Assembly (NCBI GenBank): GCA_951406725.2
Contig: OX597827.1
Location: 71,672,001-71,736,000 of the forward strand
Length of the DNA: 64,000 bases
Source: Octopus vulgaris
Lineage: Eukaryota
Direction: 5' to 3'
In this document: positions 42,316-55,225 of the stretch, in pieces
Layout of the letters: each line of letters opens with the position of its first letter
Numbering within the stretch: position 1 is the first letter of the stretch
Program-made: the position numbers and the translations under genes
Notes under the pieces: model-generated
The model's input: the letters and a program-made list of their open reading frames with translations, nothing else
Databases searched by the model: none
What the model was told of the DNA's origin: nothing

Positions 42316-43790
42316 GTGAGTGAAGCGTTGAGTTGAGTGAGAGAAGTGTTGAGTTGAGTGAGAGAAGTGTTGAGTTGAGTGAGAGAAGTGTTGAGTCGAG
42401 TGAGAGAAGTGTTGAGTCGAGTGAGAGAAGTGTTGAGTCGAGTGAGAGAAGTGTTGAATCGAGTGAGAGAATTGTTAGTTGAGTGAGAGAAGTGTTGAGT
42501 TGAGTGAAAGAAGTGTTGAGTTGAGAGAAATGTTGAGTTGAGTGAGAGAAGCGTTGAGTTGAGTGAGAGAAGTGTTGAGTTGAGTGAGAGAAGTGTTGAG
42601 TTGAGTGAGAGAAGTGTTGAGTTGAGTGAAAGAAGTGTTGAGTTGAGAGAAATGTTGAGTTGAGTGAGAGAAGCGTTGAGTTGAGTGAGAGAAGTGTTGA
42701 GTTGAGTGTGAGAAGTGTTGAATTGAGTGAGAGAAGCGTTGCATTGAGTGAGTGAAGTGTTGAGTTGAGTGAGAGAAGTGTTGAGCTGAGTGAGAGAAGT
42801 GTTGAGTTGAGTGAAAGAAGTGTTGAGTTGAGAGAAAAGTTGAGTTGACTGAGAGAAGCGTTGAGTTGAGTGAGAGAAGTGCTGAGTTGAGTGAGAGAAG
42901 TGTTGAGCTGAGTGAGAGAAGTGTTGAGCTGAGTGAGAGAAGTGTTGAGTGAGAGAAGTGTTGCATTGAGTGAGTGAAGTGTTGAGTTGAGTGAGAGAAG
43001 TGTTGAGCTGAGTGAGAGAAGTGTTGAGTTGAGTGAAAGAAGTGTTGAGTTGAGAGAAAAGTTGAGTTGACTGAGAGAAGCGTTGAGTTGAGTGAGAGAA
43101 GTGCTGAGTTGAGTAAGAGAAGCGTTGAGTTGAGTGAGAGAAGTGCTGAGTTGAGTGTGAGAAGTGTTGAGCTGAGTGAGAGAAGTGTTGAGCTGAGTGA
43201 GAGAAGTGTTGAGTGAGAGAAGTGTTGGGTTGAGTGAGTGAAGTGTTGAGCTGAGTGAGAGAAGTGTTGAGCTGAGTGAGAGAAGTGTTGAGTTGAGTGA
43301 AAGAAGTGTTGAGCTGAGTGAAAGAAGTGTTGAGTTGAGTGAGAGAAGTGTTGAGTTGAGTGAAAGAAGTGTTGAGCTGAGTGAAAGAAGTGTTGAGTTG
43401 AGTGAGAGAAGTGTTGAGCTGAGTGAAAGAAGTGTTGAGTTGAGTGAGAGAAGTGTTGAGTTGAGTGAAAGAAGTGTTGAGTTGAGTGAGAGAAGTGTTG
43501 AGTTGAGTGAAAGAAGTGTTGAGTTGAGTGAAAGAAGTGTTGAGTTGAGTGAGAGAAGTGTTGAGTTGAGTGAGAAAAGTGTTGAGCTGAGTGAGAGAAG
43601 TGTTGAGTTGAGTGAAAGAAGTGTTGAGCTGAGTGAAAGAAGTGTTGAGCTGAGTGAGAGAAGTGTTGATTTGAGTGAGAGAAGTGTTGAGCTGAGTGAG
43701 AGAAGTGTTGAGCTGAGTGAGAGAAGTGTTGATTTGAGTGAAAGAAGTGTTGAGTGAGAGAAGTGTTGATTTGAATGAGAGAAGTGTTGA
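42316..43790. repeat. 21-bp minisatellite (GAGTTGAGTGAGAGAAGTGTT), ~70 units, with higher-order repeats
   Basis: Heptad translations (SERSVEL/STLLSLN/TSLTQLN); variant blocks recur at 123-bp and 222-bp spacing. Confidence 0.97.
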
Positions 43791-44712
43791 GGTGAATGAA
43801 AAATGTAAATTACTGAATCGAATGAGTACGCGGGAGAGTGAAATGTTGAGTGGAAGGATGTAGTGAGTGGAGTGATGTATAACGAGTGAAGTAATGCGAA
43901 GGAAGCAATATGCAGCCATAGTGGTAATAAATCGATTGAACTGCTGCTGTGTAAAATATAATTTGGGTTATAACTAGGTTGGCAAGGGCCGTTACCTTGA
44001 CAACGGTGTATATGGGGGATGAGGGTTGGGGGGTTAAGGTGGGGATAGGGCGGCGGGGTTATGATTGCAGTCTGAAAGGTGCGCTGTTCGAAGAGACTAA
44101 TCAGGAGTGATGGGACTTGACGTCGAACAGAGGGAGTGTGAGGGGGAAGGGGAGGGGGAGAGAGAAACATTGTAACACAAAGACAGAGAGAGAGAGAGAG
44201 AGAGAGGAGGGGGAGAGAAGGAGAGAGAGAGAGTAAGAAAGAGGGGGAGAGGGGACGAGAAAGAAAATGGATGGTGTACGCCACTGTGAAGGAATTGATG
44301 AACACACATGCACGTGAGTGAAAGTGTATACGTGTTTCTATCTATCTATCTCAATCTCTCTCTCTCTCTTTCTCACTATCACTTTCACTTTCACTCTCTC
44401 ACTCTATACTGTAATCCCCCGCCATATCGCTGTTCACTTATCACGGTTTACTTATCGCGGTTCACATATCGCTGTTTATTATTTAAGCTTACGTCGATTC
44501 CTCCGTGGTGTTCTTTTAGCATTTATAATAAAATAAATATATACAAATTATAACGCTGAATCTCCTTGAGAACTGCGTTAAGGGTACACGTGTCTGCGGA
44601 GTGCTCAGCCACTTGCACGTTAATTTCACGAGCAAGCTGTTCCGTTGATCGTCAAAGCTGGGACCCTCGTCGTCGTAACCGACGGAGTGCTCCATATATA
44701 TATATATATATG

Positions 44713-44942
44713 TATTTCTTTATTGCCCACAATGGACTAAACATAGAGGGGACAAACAAGGACAGACAAAGGGATTAAGTCGATTACATCGACCCTAGTG
44801 CGAAACTGGTACTTTATTTATCGACCCCGAAAGGATGAAAGGTAAAGTCGACCTCGGCGGAATTTGAACTCAGAACGTAACGACAGACGAAATACCGCTA
44901 AGCATTTCGCCCGGCGCGCTAACGAGTCTGCCAACGCCGCCT
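44713..44942 (-). mobile_element. SINE family X monomer (GTCGAC..GCCTTTCATCCTTTCGGGGTCGATAAA..AGTACC central domain), tail A
   Basis: Same family at 47135, 49491, 51597, 53355, 57564, 60455, 21197 and 12142. Confidence 0.88.
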
Positions 44943-44959
44943 CCATATATATATGTGTG

Positions 44960-44999
<40 letters not shown>

Positions 45000-45276
45000 C
45001 ATGTATTTATGTATGTATGTCTGTATATTAAGAAAAAGGAGGTAGTCAGGATTTGGATAGAAACAACTTATTTATCGCTTTCACCCCTTTGAGGGATTCA
45101 TCAACTCAAGTAAATAAATTCAGCTCCCAATTTTTTCCAGTTGAATCACGTTTATATAAAAGATATGAAATTTTTATTAAAATATCATTCATGATGAATG
45201 GCTGAAAGGAACGAAGGCGTTAAATAAATAGTTTTGATGCGAATCAAAACGATTATGAATAGATAGATAGACAGAC

Positions 45277-45355
<79 letters not shown>

Positions 45356-45438
45356 CAGATAGACAGAGAGATAGATAGGTACATACATACATAATCAGAC
45401 AGACACATAGGTAGATAGATAGGTAGAGATATATAAAA

Positions 45439-45474
<36 letters not shown>

Positions 45475-45495
45475 TAGATAGATAAGTTTCTAGAG

Positions 45496-45577
<82 letters not shown>

Positions 45578-45578
45578 C

Positions 45579-45663
45579 TTTCTTTATTGGCCACACAGGG
45601 CTGGACACAGAGGCGACAGTTACAAATGTAGAGTTTTTATTTTCGAAGATGGAAAAGGAAAAA

Positions 45664-45665
<2 letters not shown>
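45579..45665 (-). mobile_element. LINE-like 3' end sharing its terminal ~39 bp with SINE family X tail A
   Basis: Minus strand GTCGCCTCTGTGTCCAGCCCTGTGTGGCCAATAAAGAAA matches the 53725-53763 tail at 32/39, with unrelated upstream sequence; abuts (AGAT)n. Confidence 0.6.
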
Positions 45666-45739
<74 letters not shown>

Positions 45740-46114
45740 CTCAGCACGGTCACTACTTTCTCCTAAATTCCTAAAGTGTGAATGTTTGAAACCAACAAAC
45801 TAAAAGAAAGACGATGTGTGACACACACACACACACACACACTCACACACACACACACACACACACAAGCATATATTCACGCCTTTAGACACACACACAT
45901 ATGTGTATGTATATACATACACACACACACATATATATATATATACACACACATATTATGTATATGTATATGTATGTATATAAGTATGCATGTATCTACT
46001 TTATATATATACATATATATTTGTGTATACATTTGCACCTATTTATCTGTATAATAACACATAATTACTTCGATACTTCGATATGTTTCGCCATTCAAAT
46101 CAGGAATCGGACAA

Positions 46115-47000
46115 CATGGCCCACTCGAGGAGAGAGTTATTGTTTACAAAGACATATCCGGGTGTAGGAGGTTTATCCGGGATTTTTTGAGGGAATTTGT
46201 TCAAAGACTCCTTGAACTTTATGGTGTTTTGGTCACAACGTTAAAGAGAGCGGGGCCAATTGAGGTGAAATAATTGTGCCGTATTGTTGTTACGTGATAC
46301 TACTATGATTTATGTTGTGGGCGGATAGCACGGGGTCCTAATCTCGGGTGGACTTTAAAGGCGATGTCAACATCATTTGGGCAATGCTGATGGAATATTT
46401 TCCACATCAGGCAGATGATGTAGCGCTCAAGGCAGCGTTGGAGAGAATAAACCTTGAGCTTTTCTAGTGGACCCCAATAATCAAGGCCTCCTGTCATGTC
46501 ATCTATCTTTTTATGTAATTGACCTTTGAGGTGCTTCAATTTTCATGATACTTTGTTTCCTGTCGACAACAGTATTCATGTGGACAACACAGTGGACAAC
46601 AGTATTCAAGGTGGGGGCGGGCAAAGGTAGAGAAGAGAAAGATAATGGTGTGAATATTTCTCGACTGGAAAGTTCTGGGAATCCAGTATCTCACTCATGG
46701 TTTTGGCATTATCTAGGAGATTGCCATTTTCATCAATTAGAGGGACAGCAGCGGAGACAGTGACTTTGTGTTTTTTCTCACTTTGGGGCTGAGTTTGATT
46801 TTCTCAAAGACCCATTTCTTCTCAGCTGTTCTTTGGTTATTGATGATGGTTTTCACCCCACCCCACCAAGGCCTGTGAAGAAAACTAAGTGTGGCTGGTT
46901 ACCAACCCAATCCTCAATGAATTGGATCTTCCAATGTTGTGCATTGATGGAGGGACTGACACCTTGTGCATTGTGTAGAAATATGGAGGTTAGCGTAGTG
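46115..47000 (-). pseudogene. Internally deleted CR1-clade ORF2 relic
   Basis: Minus strand SIFLHNAQG...HLVFFT (APE N-terminus-like), WI.RTFQSRN...FARPHLEYCCPL, LEKLKVYSLQRCLERYIICLMWKI, FTSIGPALFN, IPDKPPTPGY...NSLLEW. Confidence 0.82.
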
Positions 47001-47134
47001 GCAGGTTTTGACTGTTGCAGGGGGCTTTTGCAGAGAGCGTTTGCAGGACAATATACTTGCATATATACCTACGCATATACGCATGTGTGGTACATGATTG
47101 GATAAAACAAGAGACAGACAGCCCGATGGTTATA

Positions 47135-47532
47135 GAGCCGGCAGAATCGTTAGCGCGCCGAACGAAATGCTTAGCGGTATTTCGTCTGCCGTTACGTTCT
47201 GAGTTCAAATTCCGCCGAGGTCGACTTTGTCTTTCGTCCTTTCGGGGTGGATTAAATAAGTACCAGTTACGCACTGGGGTCGATATAATCGACTTAATCC
47301 GTTTGTTTGTCCTTGTTTGTCCTCTCTGTGTTTAGCCCCTTGTGGGTAGTAAAGAAATAGGTATTTCGTCTACCGCTACGTTCTGAGTTCAAATTCCGCC
47401 GAGGTCGACTTTGCCTTTCATCCTTTCGGGGTCGATTAAGTAAGTACCAGTTACGCACTGGGGTCGATATAATCGACTTAATCCGTTTATCTGTCCTCTC
47501 TGTGTTTAGCCTCATGTGGGTAGTAAAGAAAC
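47135..47532 (+). mobile_element. SINE family X internal dimer (tail A + tail A)
   Basis: GGTATTTCGTC at 47176 and 47360; second unit lacks the head. Confidence 0.9.
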
Positions 47533-47539
47533 AGGTTAT

Positions 47540-47621
<82 letters not shown>

Positions 47622-47822
47622 CAGTGGTTTTCAACCAGGGTTCCGCCAGTACAGTCCAGGGGTTCCGCAAGAAGTTACAAAACTGCTAAAATCGGCAGTA
47701 ATTTTTAATTCTCCTGTGCAGATATGTGTGCCTAAGACTATTAAATTATTGCACAGGGGTTCCCCGAGCCGGTGGAATGTTTCTTTAGGGTTCCGCTTCA
47801 GCAAAAAGTTTGAAAAGCACTG
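47622..47822. mobile_element. hAT (Charlie-like) MITE inserted in (AGAT)n
   Basis: TIRs CAGTGGTTTTCAA / TTGAAAAGCACTG; 8-bp flanks AGATAGAT; internal GGGTTCCG subterminal repeats. Confidence 0.88.
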
Positions 47823-47865
47823 AGATAGATAGATAGATAGATAGATAGATAGGTAGGTAGGTAGG

Positions 47866-48025
<160 letters not shown>

Positions 48026-48446
48026 CAGAGAGAGAGAGAGAGATGATACATGTCAAAATGTGCTGACAATTCTACTGCCTTATGCTCTTCCACTTAAGAG
48101 TGAGGTCAGGTCAGTAGGATAAAGGATGAGGAGGAAGAGGTGGAGGAAGCAATAGAAAGACAACAGTGACAACAACAACATCATCAAGAACTTCATCAAA
48201 AGAAGAAGCGGGTGTGCGCGGCGGTTTAACAGAGATTCTGTGCAGTCAAATCACTTAGAATAAGATTAATTTCAATGGTGATAGATTTGTCTTTCACTAT
48301 TTGCAGTTTTTCCCGATCGATAATTTTCCATCTTTAATGCAAGCTACCATAACGACGGTTCTTCAAATATAGCTTTTTATACACCACTGCCATGACCTAA
48401 ATGCAAGCTTCGTTTTCGGAATTTCACTTGAAATTTCTGTCTTGAC

Positions 48447-48530
<84 letters not shown>

Positions 48531-48827
48531 CTCTCCTTACTTTGTTCCATCGTCTATTCTTGTGAATAAACCTATTGTATATACATATATACATACATAC
48601 ATACACTCATACATACACACATACATACACTCATGCATACACACATACATACATACATATATACATACATGCATACATAATACATGCATACAAACATACA
48701 TACATACATACAGACAGACATACATACACACATACATACATATATACATACAAACATACATTTATGTGTATGTGTGTGTGCTTGCATCTGTATATATACA
48801 ATCATACAAATGTTGATATATAAATAA

Positions 48828-48858
<31 letters not shown>

Positions 48859-48920
48859 TAAATACACACATATATAATATATATGTATCATATATACATG
48901 TATATATTTATATATATATT

Positions 48921-48962
<42 letters not shown>

Positions 48963-49222
48963 CATATCATGAGTATATGTAAACATAAATGTGTACTTGT
49001 GTGTGTGTATATATGTGTGTGTGAGCGCTTGCGCGCATGTAAAGCTATGTCGTAGACACATAAACAGCAAATTTAACTATTTCTGCACAGACTGAATAAA
49101 TGATGAACATCTGTTAATTGATTTCCAACCCGTAGCGGGAGTTTTGGCAGAGGTGTCCACAACACATGACTAATCCCAAAGGAATAAGTAGGCATTCTAT
49201 TTATAAAAACAACAATCCAATA

Positions 49223-49271
<49 letters not shown>

Positions 49272-49273
<2 letters not shown>

Positions 49274-49860
49274 GCATACATGGTGGTTGTCTACTTCTTA
49301 TGCAGAGGTTGACCACCTTCTGTACCTACACCTTGGAATCATCATGGCACCTGAAGTGGCTTTTTAAACCAGACAATATTCTATAAAGTCACCCACATAG
49401 ATTACTCATTCTGCAGCCCAAGAGCTGCAGGTAAGTTCTGATCTTTGTGGATCTTAAAATGTCTTTTGAGGCCTCCGTTGGATTCGCAAACCTATTTCTT
49501 TACTACACACAAGGGGCTAAACACAGAGAGGTACAAACAAGGACAGACAAACAGATTAAGTCAATTATATCGACCCCAGTGCGCAACTGGTACTTATTTA
49601 ATCGACACCGAAATGATGAAAGGCAAAGTCGACCTCAGCGGAATTTGAACTCAGAACGTAGCGGCAGAAGAAATACGGCTACGCATTTCGCCCGGCGTGC
49701 TAACGTTTCTGCCAGCTCGCCGCCTTCTGGCATACATTGCTTTGAAAGGTGCGCACAGACATATAAGCAGAATAGTTGGTGGAAGTTCGTTTGCTATGGG
49801 TTCCCACATTCCTAAGCCATATTGGCACTAGATATCCTTCCCTGGCTTGTATCTGGTTCA
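49272..49860 (-). pseudogene. RTE-like LINE 3' end with C-terminal C2H2 finger, split by a SINE
   Basis: Removing 49494-49725 restores FK(C)NVCQKVCESNGGLKRHFKIHK (first Cys needs one frameshift); 3' end GTGGTCAACCTCTGC...GACAACCACCA. Confidence 0.7.
49491..49725 (-). mobile_element. SINE family X full monomer, tail A
   Basis: Minus strand AGGCGGCGAGCTGGCAGAAACGTTAGC...GAGTTCAAATTCC...AAAGAAATAGG. Confidence 0.9.
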
Positions 49861-50234
49861 TGATGGTAGTGTAGGGAGGGTCTGTGAGGCATTGTGCAAA
49901 ACCTATTGGACCTTAAACCTTAGGTTGCGCAATCGCCGGTCGAGAAGGAGGGCACCGCGGCAAGCATGGAAGCAGCGGGTGCAATAACGTCATGCGCGGG
50001 CATTGCTAGCATTATGCACGGGCAATGGTCAGTGATGGTCTTCCTCGGTCATGAGTGGACAGCCAACATTTCTCTATGTGTATATAAGTATTTGTGTGGG
50101 AGGGTCTGTGAGGCATTGTGTGTTTGTGTTTATGTGCGTGTGTATGTGTGCGGGTGTGTCTTTATGTGTGTGTGTGTGTGTGTGTGTTTATGTGCTTGTG
50201 TGTGTCTTTATGTATGTGCGTGTGTGTGTGTCTT

Positions 50235-50285
<51 letters not shown>

Positions 50286-50887
50286 TTATGTATGTACGTA
50301 TGTATTTTATGCACGTATAGCTGGATGGACAGATGGATGTATATTTGCATAATAAAAGACGAGATCATTTCTGAGAACATCGTGGTAACAGCAGCTGCTG
50401 ATGTCTGGACTTTTATCTGTCTTCTCATATATATATGTGCATCGTAAATTCTGAATTCTTTGACCTGTCAGCGTTAGTGACCCAGATCTTACAATAAATC
50501 ATATCTAGAAGAATTAACGAGACACTTTATCTCCACGGTTCCTTTCTATGCTTCTCCGACCGTTTCCAAATTAATATTATTTATTACTATATCTTTCTGA
50601 GCCAACCCCCACTTATTGTATTCATAAAACCGTATCTGCCTATGTAAACTGTATTATTTTATTAATGGTTGTCATGAAGTGGTTGGTGGTATTTTCATTT
50701 AATATTGCATGAACTTATATAATATCGATATAACGTCTATAATTTTTGTATGCATGATCCAGCATTTTGATAGATGTAATAACTCTACCAGTTATCGAAA
50801 CGGTCGTAACTCATTCATAAATGTGATACAGCTTTAATTTTCCTTTGATTGTTATATATATATATATATAAATCCACACAACCAGTC

Positions 50888-51002
<115 letters not shown>

Positions 51003-51428
51003 CATATATATATACATATATATATATATATATGAGGGGAGGTGTGTGAGTATGTACAGATATATATGTTTATGTGTGTGTGTGTCTGTCTGTATTTTTA
51101 TTTATTGACCTTTTCACAATTCGTATTTTCATTCATCTTGCCTATTCTTTCTTTCTTGATAGTTTTTGTTCATTCATTCTGAACATTTTACCATTGTCAC
51201 CCTCATTGAAACCATTAAAACCACCACCATCACCGCCACTAGGTCTTCCCCCACCACTGACTTCATCATTACTACTAGCGCCATCAACACCACACCCCGT
51301 GACGTTTCGGATGTTAGTCCTTCTCCATCTCTCTCCATTTCCCTTTCATTCTCGTTCACTCTTTCCACACATACAAGCACACACATAAGCGGATGTATAT
51401 AGATATACATGTATACAGATATGCATGC

Positions 51429-51459
<31 letters not shown>

Positions 51460-51519
51460 TGTATGTATGTATGTATGTATGTATGTATATCTCTCTCTGT
51501 TTATGTATCTACCTATCTG

Positions 51520-51566
<47 letters not shown>

Positions 51567-51596
51567 ATATATGCACACACGCACACATATATTCAT

Positions 51597-51806
51597 TTCT
51601 ACTCTAGACACAGGGACCGAAATTTTGGGGAAGTGGGGGAAGGGCAGTCGATTAGATCGACCCCAGTACGTACGTGATACTTAATTTATCGACCCCGAAA
51701 GGATGAAAGGCTTCGGTGGAATTTGAACTCAGAACGTAAAGTCAGACGAAATACCACCACTTAGCATTTCGCCCAGCGCGCTAACGTTTCTGCCAACTCG
51801 CCACCT
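51597..51806 (-). mobile_element. SINE family X monomer, tail B
   Basis: Same head and body; tail ...CCCCAAAATTTCGGTCCCTGTGTCTAGAGTAGAAA. Confidence 0.85.
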
Positions 51807-51968
51807 TACGCACACATATATTACCGTGTGTGTGTGTGGTCACGACTCTTCAAATGGGATTAATATAAGTTCTTTCACACGAGCATCTACATAGGTTAAG
51901 AATGGGGAGAAACGTAAGATGGTAAATAAATCATTAAATAGATTGAGTATGAGTGCTTTTATACGCAA

Positions 51969-52002
<34 letters not shown>

Positions 52003-52056
52003 TCATATATGCAAATATGTAAATTTCTCTTGAGATAGACAAGTAGAATGTGTGTG

Positions 52057-52092
<36 letters not shown>

Positions 52093-52253
52093 GGTATGTA
52101 GAAAAATACAACATGGACAAGAACGTATAACTCTTAGAAGACGACACAATAAACACGGACAGGACATTCGAAACCCTCAGTCTTCAGTCAAGAACCGGAT
52201 CATCGTAGTAATTTCGGCTGATTAATCTTGAGATTACTAGATCACGGCCAGCC

Positions 52254-52343
<90 letters not shown>

Positions 52344-52409
52344 CATATATGCATATATATATGTGTGCATATATGGATACATATGTATGTATATGTATGT
52401 GTACATGTA

Positions 52410-52450
<41 letters not shown>

Positions 52451-53092
52451 GTATATATATATATATATATATATACATGTGTATATATAAAAACATACAT
52501 GCATATATAAATGTGTTTATATATATATACCTGCATGCATATATACATACATGAACACATAACAGATTTATATGGCTACCTGTACATGTAAGAAAGATCT
52601 GGACAGGCTGACTGGTGCAGACTGATAAAGAAAGCTACAAACTGCATACATTTGCCCACGAGAACAATAGAACATAATGCGCCCTTCTTGCCGTAGCACA
52701 CACTCAGTAATGCCACGAAGTTATCAAAGAGATGTTACGAAACCGCCATAGGCATGGAATCTGTTGAAATTAAGAGAACAACAAAATGGTTTCGCTCATT
52801 AGTTACTTCATTGAATTATTTCGTTATCGCTGCAAGTGACTGGCAAGCGAATCGTATGAATAGGCAATTAAAGCTGGTAAGTATATGAACGTATGCACAA
52901 CCCAACCCTGTTACATGGGAATCTATAGATGCGTAGTTCACGAATGTCTTGTTGCTGTAAATGGAAATGCTACTTTTCAAGTGAGTCGGGCTAATGCTTC
53001 TCTTCGGGCTGTGATTTCATATAGTTTACTAAAGCAAAGCTTATGAGAGATAAACTGGGTTATTTCTTTTTCTTTCTATCTACATGAAATTC

Positions 53093-53968
53093 TTTCTACT
53101 ATCAGCACAAGGCCTGAAATTTTGGAAGTGAAGGGGTGTCATTCGATTACATCGAACCCAATAAAATACGTACTCAATTGGTACTTATTTTATCAACTTC
53201 GACCGGATGAAAGGTAAATCGTCTCGGTGAATTTTGAACCTAAAGCCAAAAAAGAAGAAAATGTCCGATGTCTTAACGATTCTGCCAGGATCAAATTACA
53301 TTATATTACATTGTATCGTCTTGTATTATAGTGTATTATAGTGTATTATACTATGGCCAGCTGGCAGAAATGTTAGCACGCCGGGCGAAATGCTTAGCGG
53401 TATTTCGTCTGCGTTACGTTCTGAGTTCAAATTCCGCTGAGGTCGACTTTGCTTTTCATCCTTTCGGAGTCGATTAAATAAGTACCAGTTACGCACTGGG
53501 GTCGATATAATCGACTTAATCCGTTTGTCTGTCCTTGTTTGTCCTCTCTGTGTTTAGCCCCTTGTGGGTAGCAAAGAAATAGGTATTTTGTCTTCCGTTA
53601 CGTTCTGAGTTCAAATTCCGCCGTGGTTGACTTTGCCTTTCATCCTTTCGGAGTCGATTAAATAAGTACCAGTTACGCACTGGGGTCGATGCAATCGACT
53701 TAATACATTTGTTTGTCCTTGTTTGTCCCCTCTGTGTTTAGCACCTTGTGGGCAATAAAGAAATAAGATTCGTTTGCACAGTGGACAAAGTGCTTTGCGG
53801 CATTTCTTCTGCCTCTTTACATCCTGAGTTCGAATCCCACCGAAGTAAATTTGGCCCTTCATCCCTTCGGGGTCGATAAAATAGAATATTTGCCGAGCAC
53901 TGAGGCCAACGTCATCGATTTACCCTTACCCTTAAAACTGTTGGCCTCGTACCAAAATTCGAAACCAT
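53093..53968. mobile_element. SINE family X cluster: degraded (-) copy 53093-53290, (+) dimer 53355-53764, diverged (+) tail-B copy 53770-53968
   Basis: Direct sequence similarity; GGTATTT at 53399 and 53582. Confidence 0.85.
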
Positions 53969-54365
53969 TCTATTAAACTATGTAATACCAAATTGCAGAC
54001 ATTCGGAATTTCGTTTATCGGGAAGTGACACGAACCCTGTGACTACTAATTATATATTACTCCATAAATTAAGCGGCAGACCTCGTGAAGCTTAGGTAAA
54101 GATTTCAATTTATCTGAAGTACATTTGCTAATAAAAACCCAAGTCAGCTTTGGAAAGGTTAATAAGTCATATAAGGGGATTGCTATTAAAACTACATTTA
54201 TGGTCCTTGAAGGTTAATAGAGGCTACTTTAGGTTTATTGATTCTTTTCTATTGTCTATATTTCACTGGAAAGTAATGCCATGGCGATGTATTGATTTTA
54301 TTGAGAGTTCTACGAGATTTCCATGTAAGTTCAGGCAGCAATCTTTCCATCAGAATCATTAACCT

Positions 54366-54431
<66 letters not shown>

Positions 54432-54444
54432 CGGATATGTCTAT

Positions 54445-54561
<117 letters not shown>

Positions 54562-54913
54562 CACTTCTACACTCACTCACAAGCACATAGACACAGAGAC
54601 TACTCACACAAACACATACAAATAGTTAATACCATACACCACACACACAGTTACCACTGCACGCACACATGCTACCACGCACACACATACAGTTACTGCC
54701 ACCCGCACACACACGCTACCATACATGCACACGCTATTACACACACACACACACACATACACATACCGACCATCTTCACAATCTCCTGTCCCAGAAAGCA
54801 CTTTCTTCTTGTCCATCCACTTCCGGTCACTTCAAAAATGTAACTACAAGTGGACTAGTGGCGATTGTTTTTTTTATCCGTCTTCATTTTCCTTTAGACT
54901 TTACTCGTTTTCC

Positions 54914-54950
54914 TGTTTCCGAAGAAGAGCTATGCTTGAAACGTAAAACA
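54914..54950 (+). ncRNA. Minimal type-I hammerhead motif, U4C variant, ACGT palindromic stem III, in a repeat ending at (TA)n (~54880-55055)
   Basis: tgttt-CCGAAGA-a-GAGC(tat)GCTT-GAAA-CG-TA-aaaca. Confidence 0.65.
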
Positions 54951-55161
54951 ACTACTTTTTTCCTTCTCCGAGCGTATTATCAATACTTTGTACGTGCTAC
55001 GCCCTCGCGTTGTTGTTTTTTCTTGTTGTCTTTTCTGATTTTTTCAATTAATTATATATATATATATACAGTTTCTTATGTGGTGGTTTAATAAAGTATG
55101 TGATTGAGTATTATCTGGTGATTGATATTTGATTTAGATGTATTTCTCCATTTTCTTATCT

Positions 55162-55225
<64 letters not shown>

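Noticed and set aside
42316-43790. CRISPR-like array
   Set aside because: Units are directly adjacent with no unique spacers, and the context is eukaryotic.
42194-44305. 703-aa and 548-aa ORFs
   Set aside because: Read-through of a stop-free 21-bp minisatellite, with frame switches between unit variants; no domain, and the ends run into a SINE and (CT)n.
51295-51335. Minus-strand hammerhead (GGA/TCC-GAAA-CG-TC)
   Set aside because: Core reads ATGGAGA and stem I does not pair.
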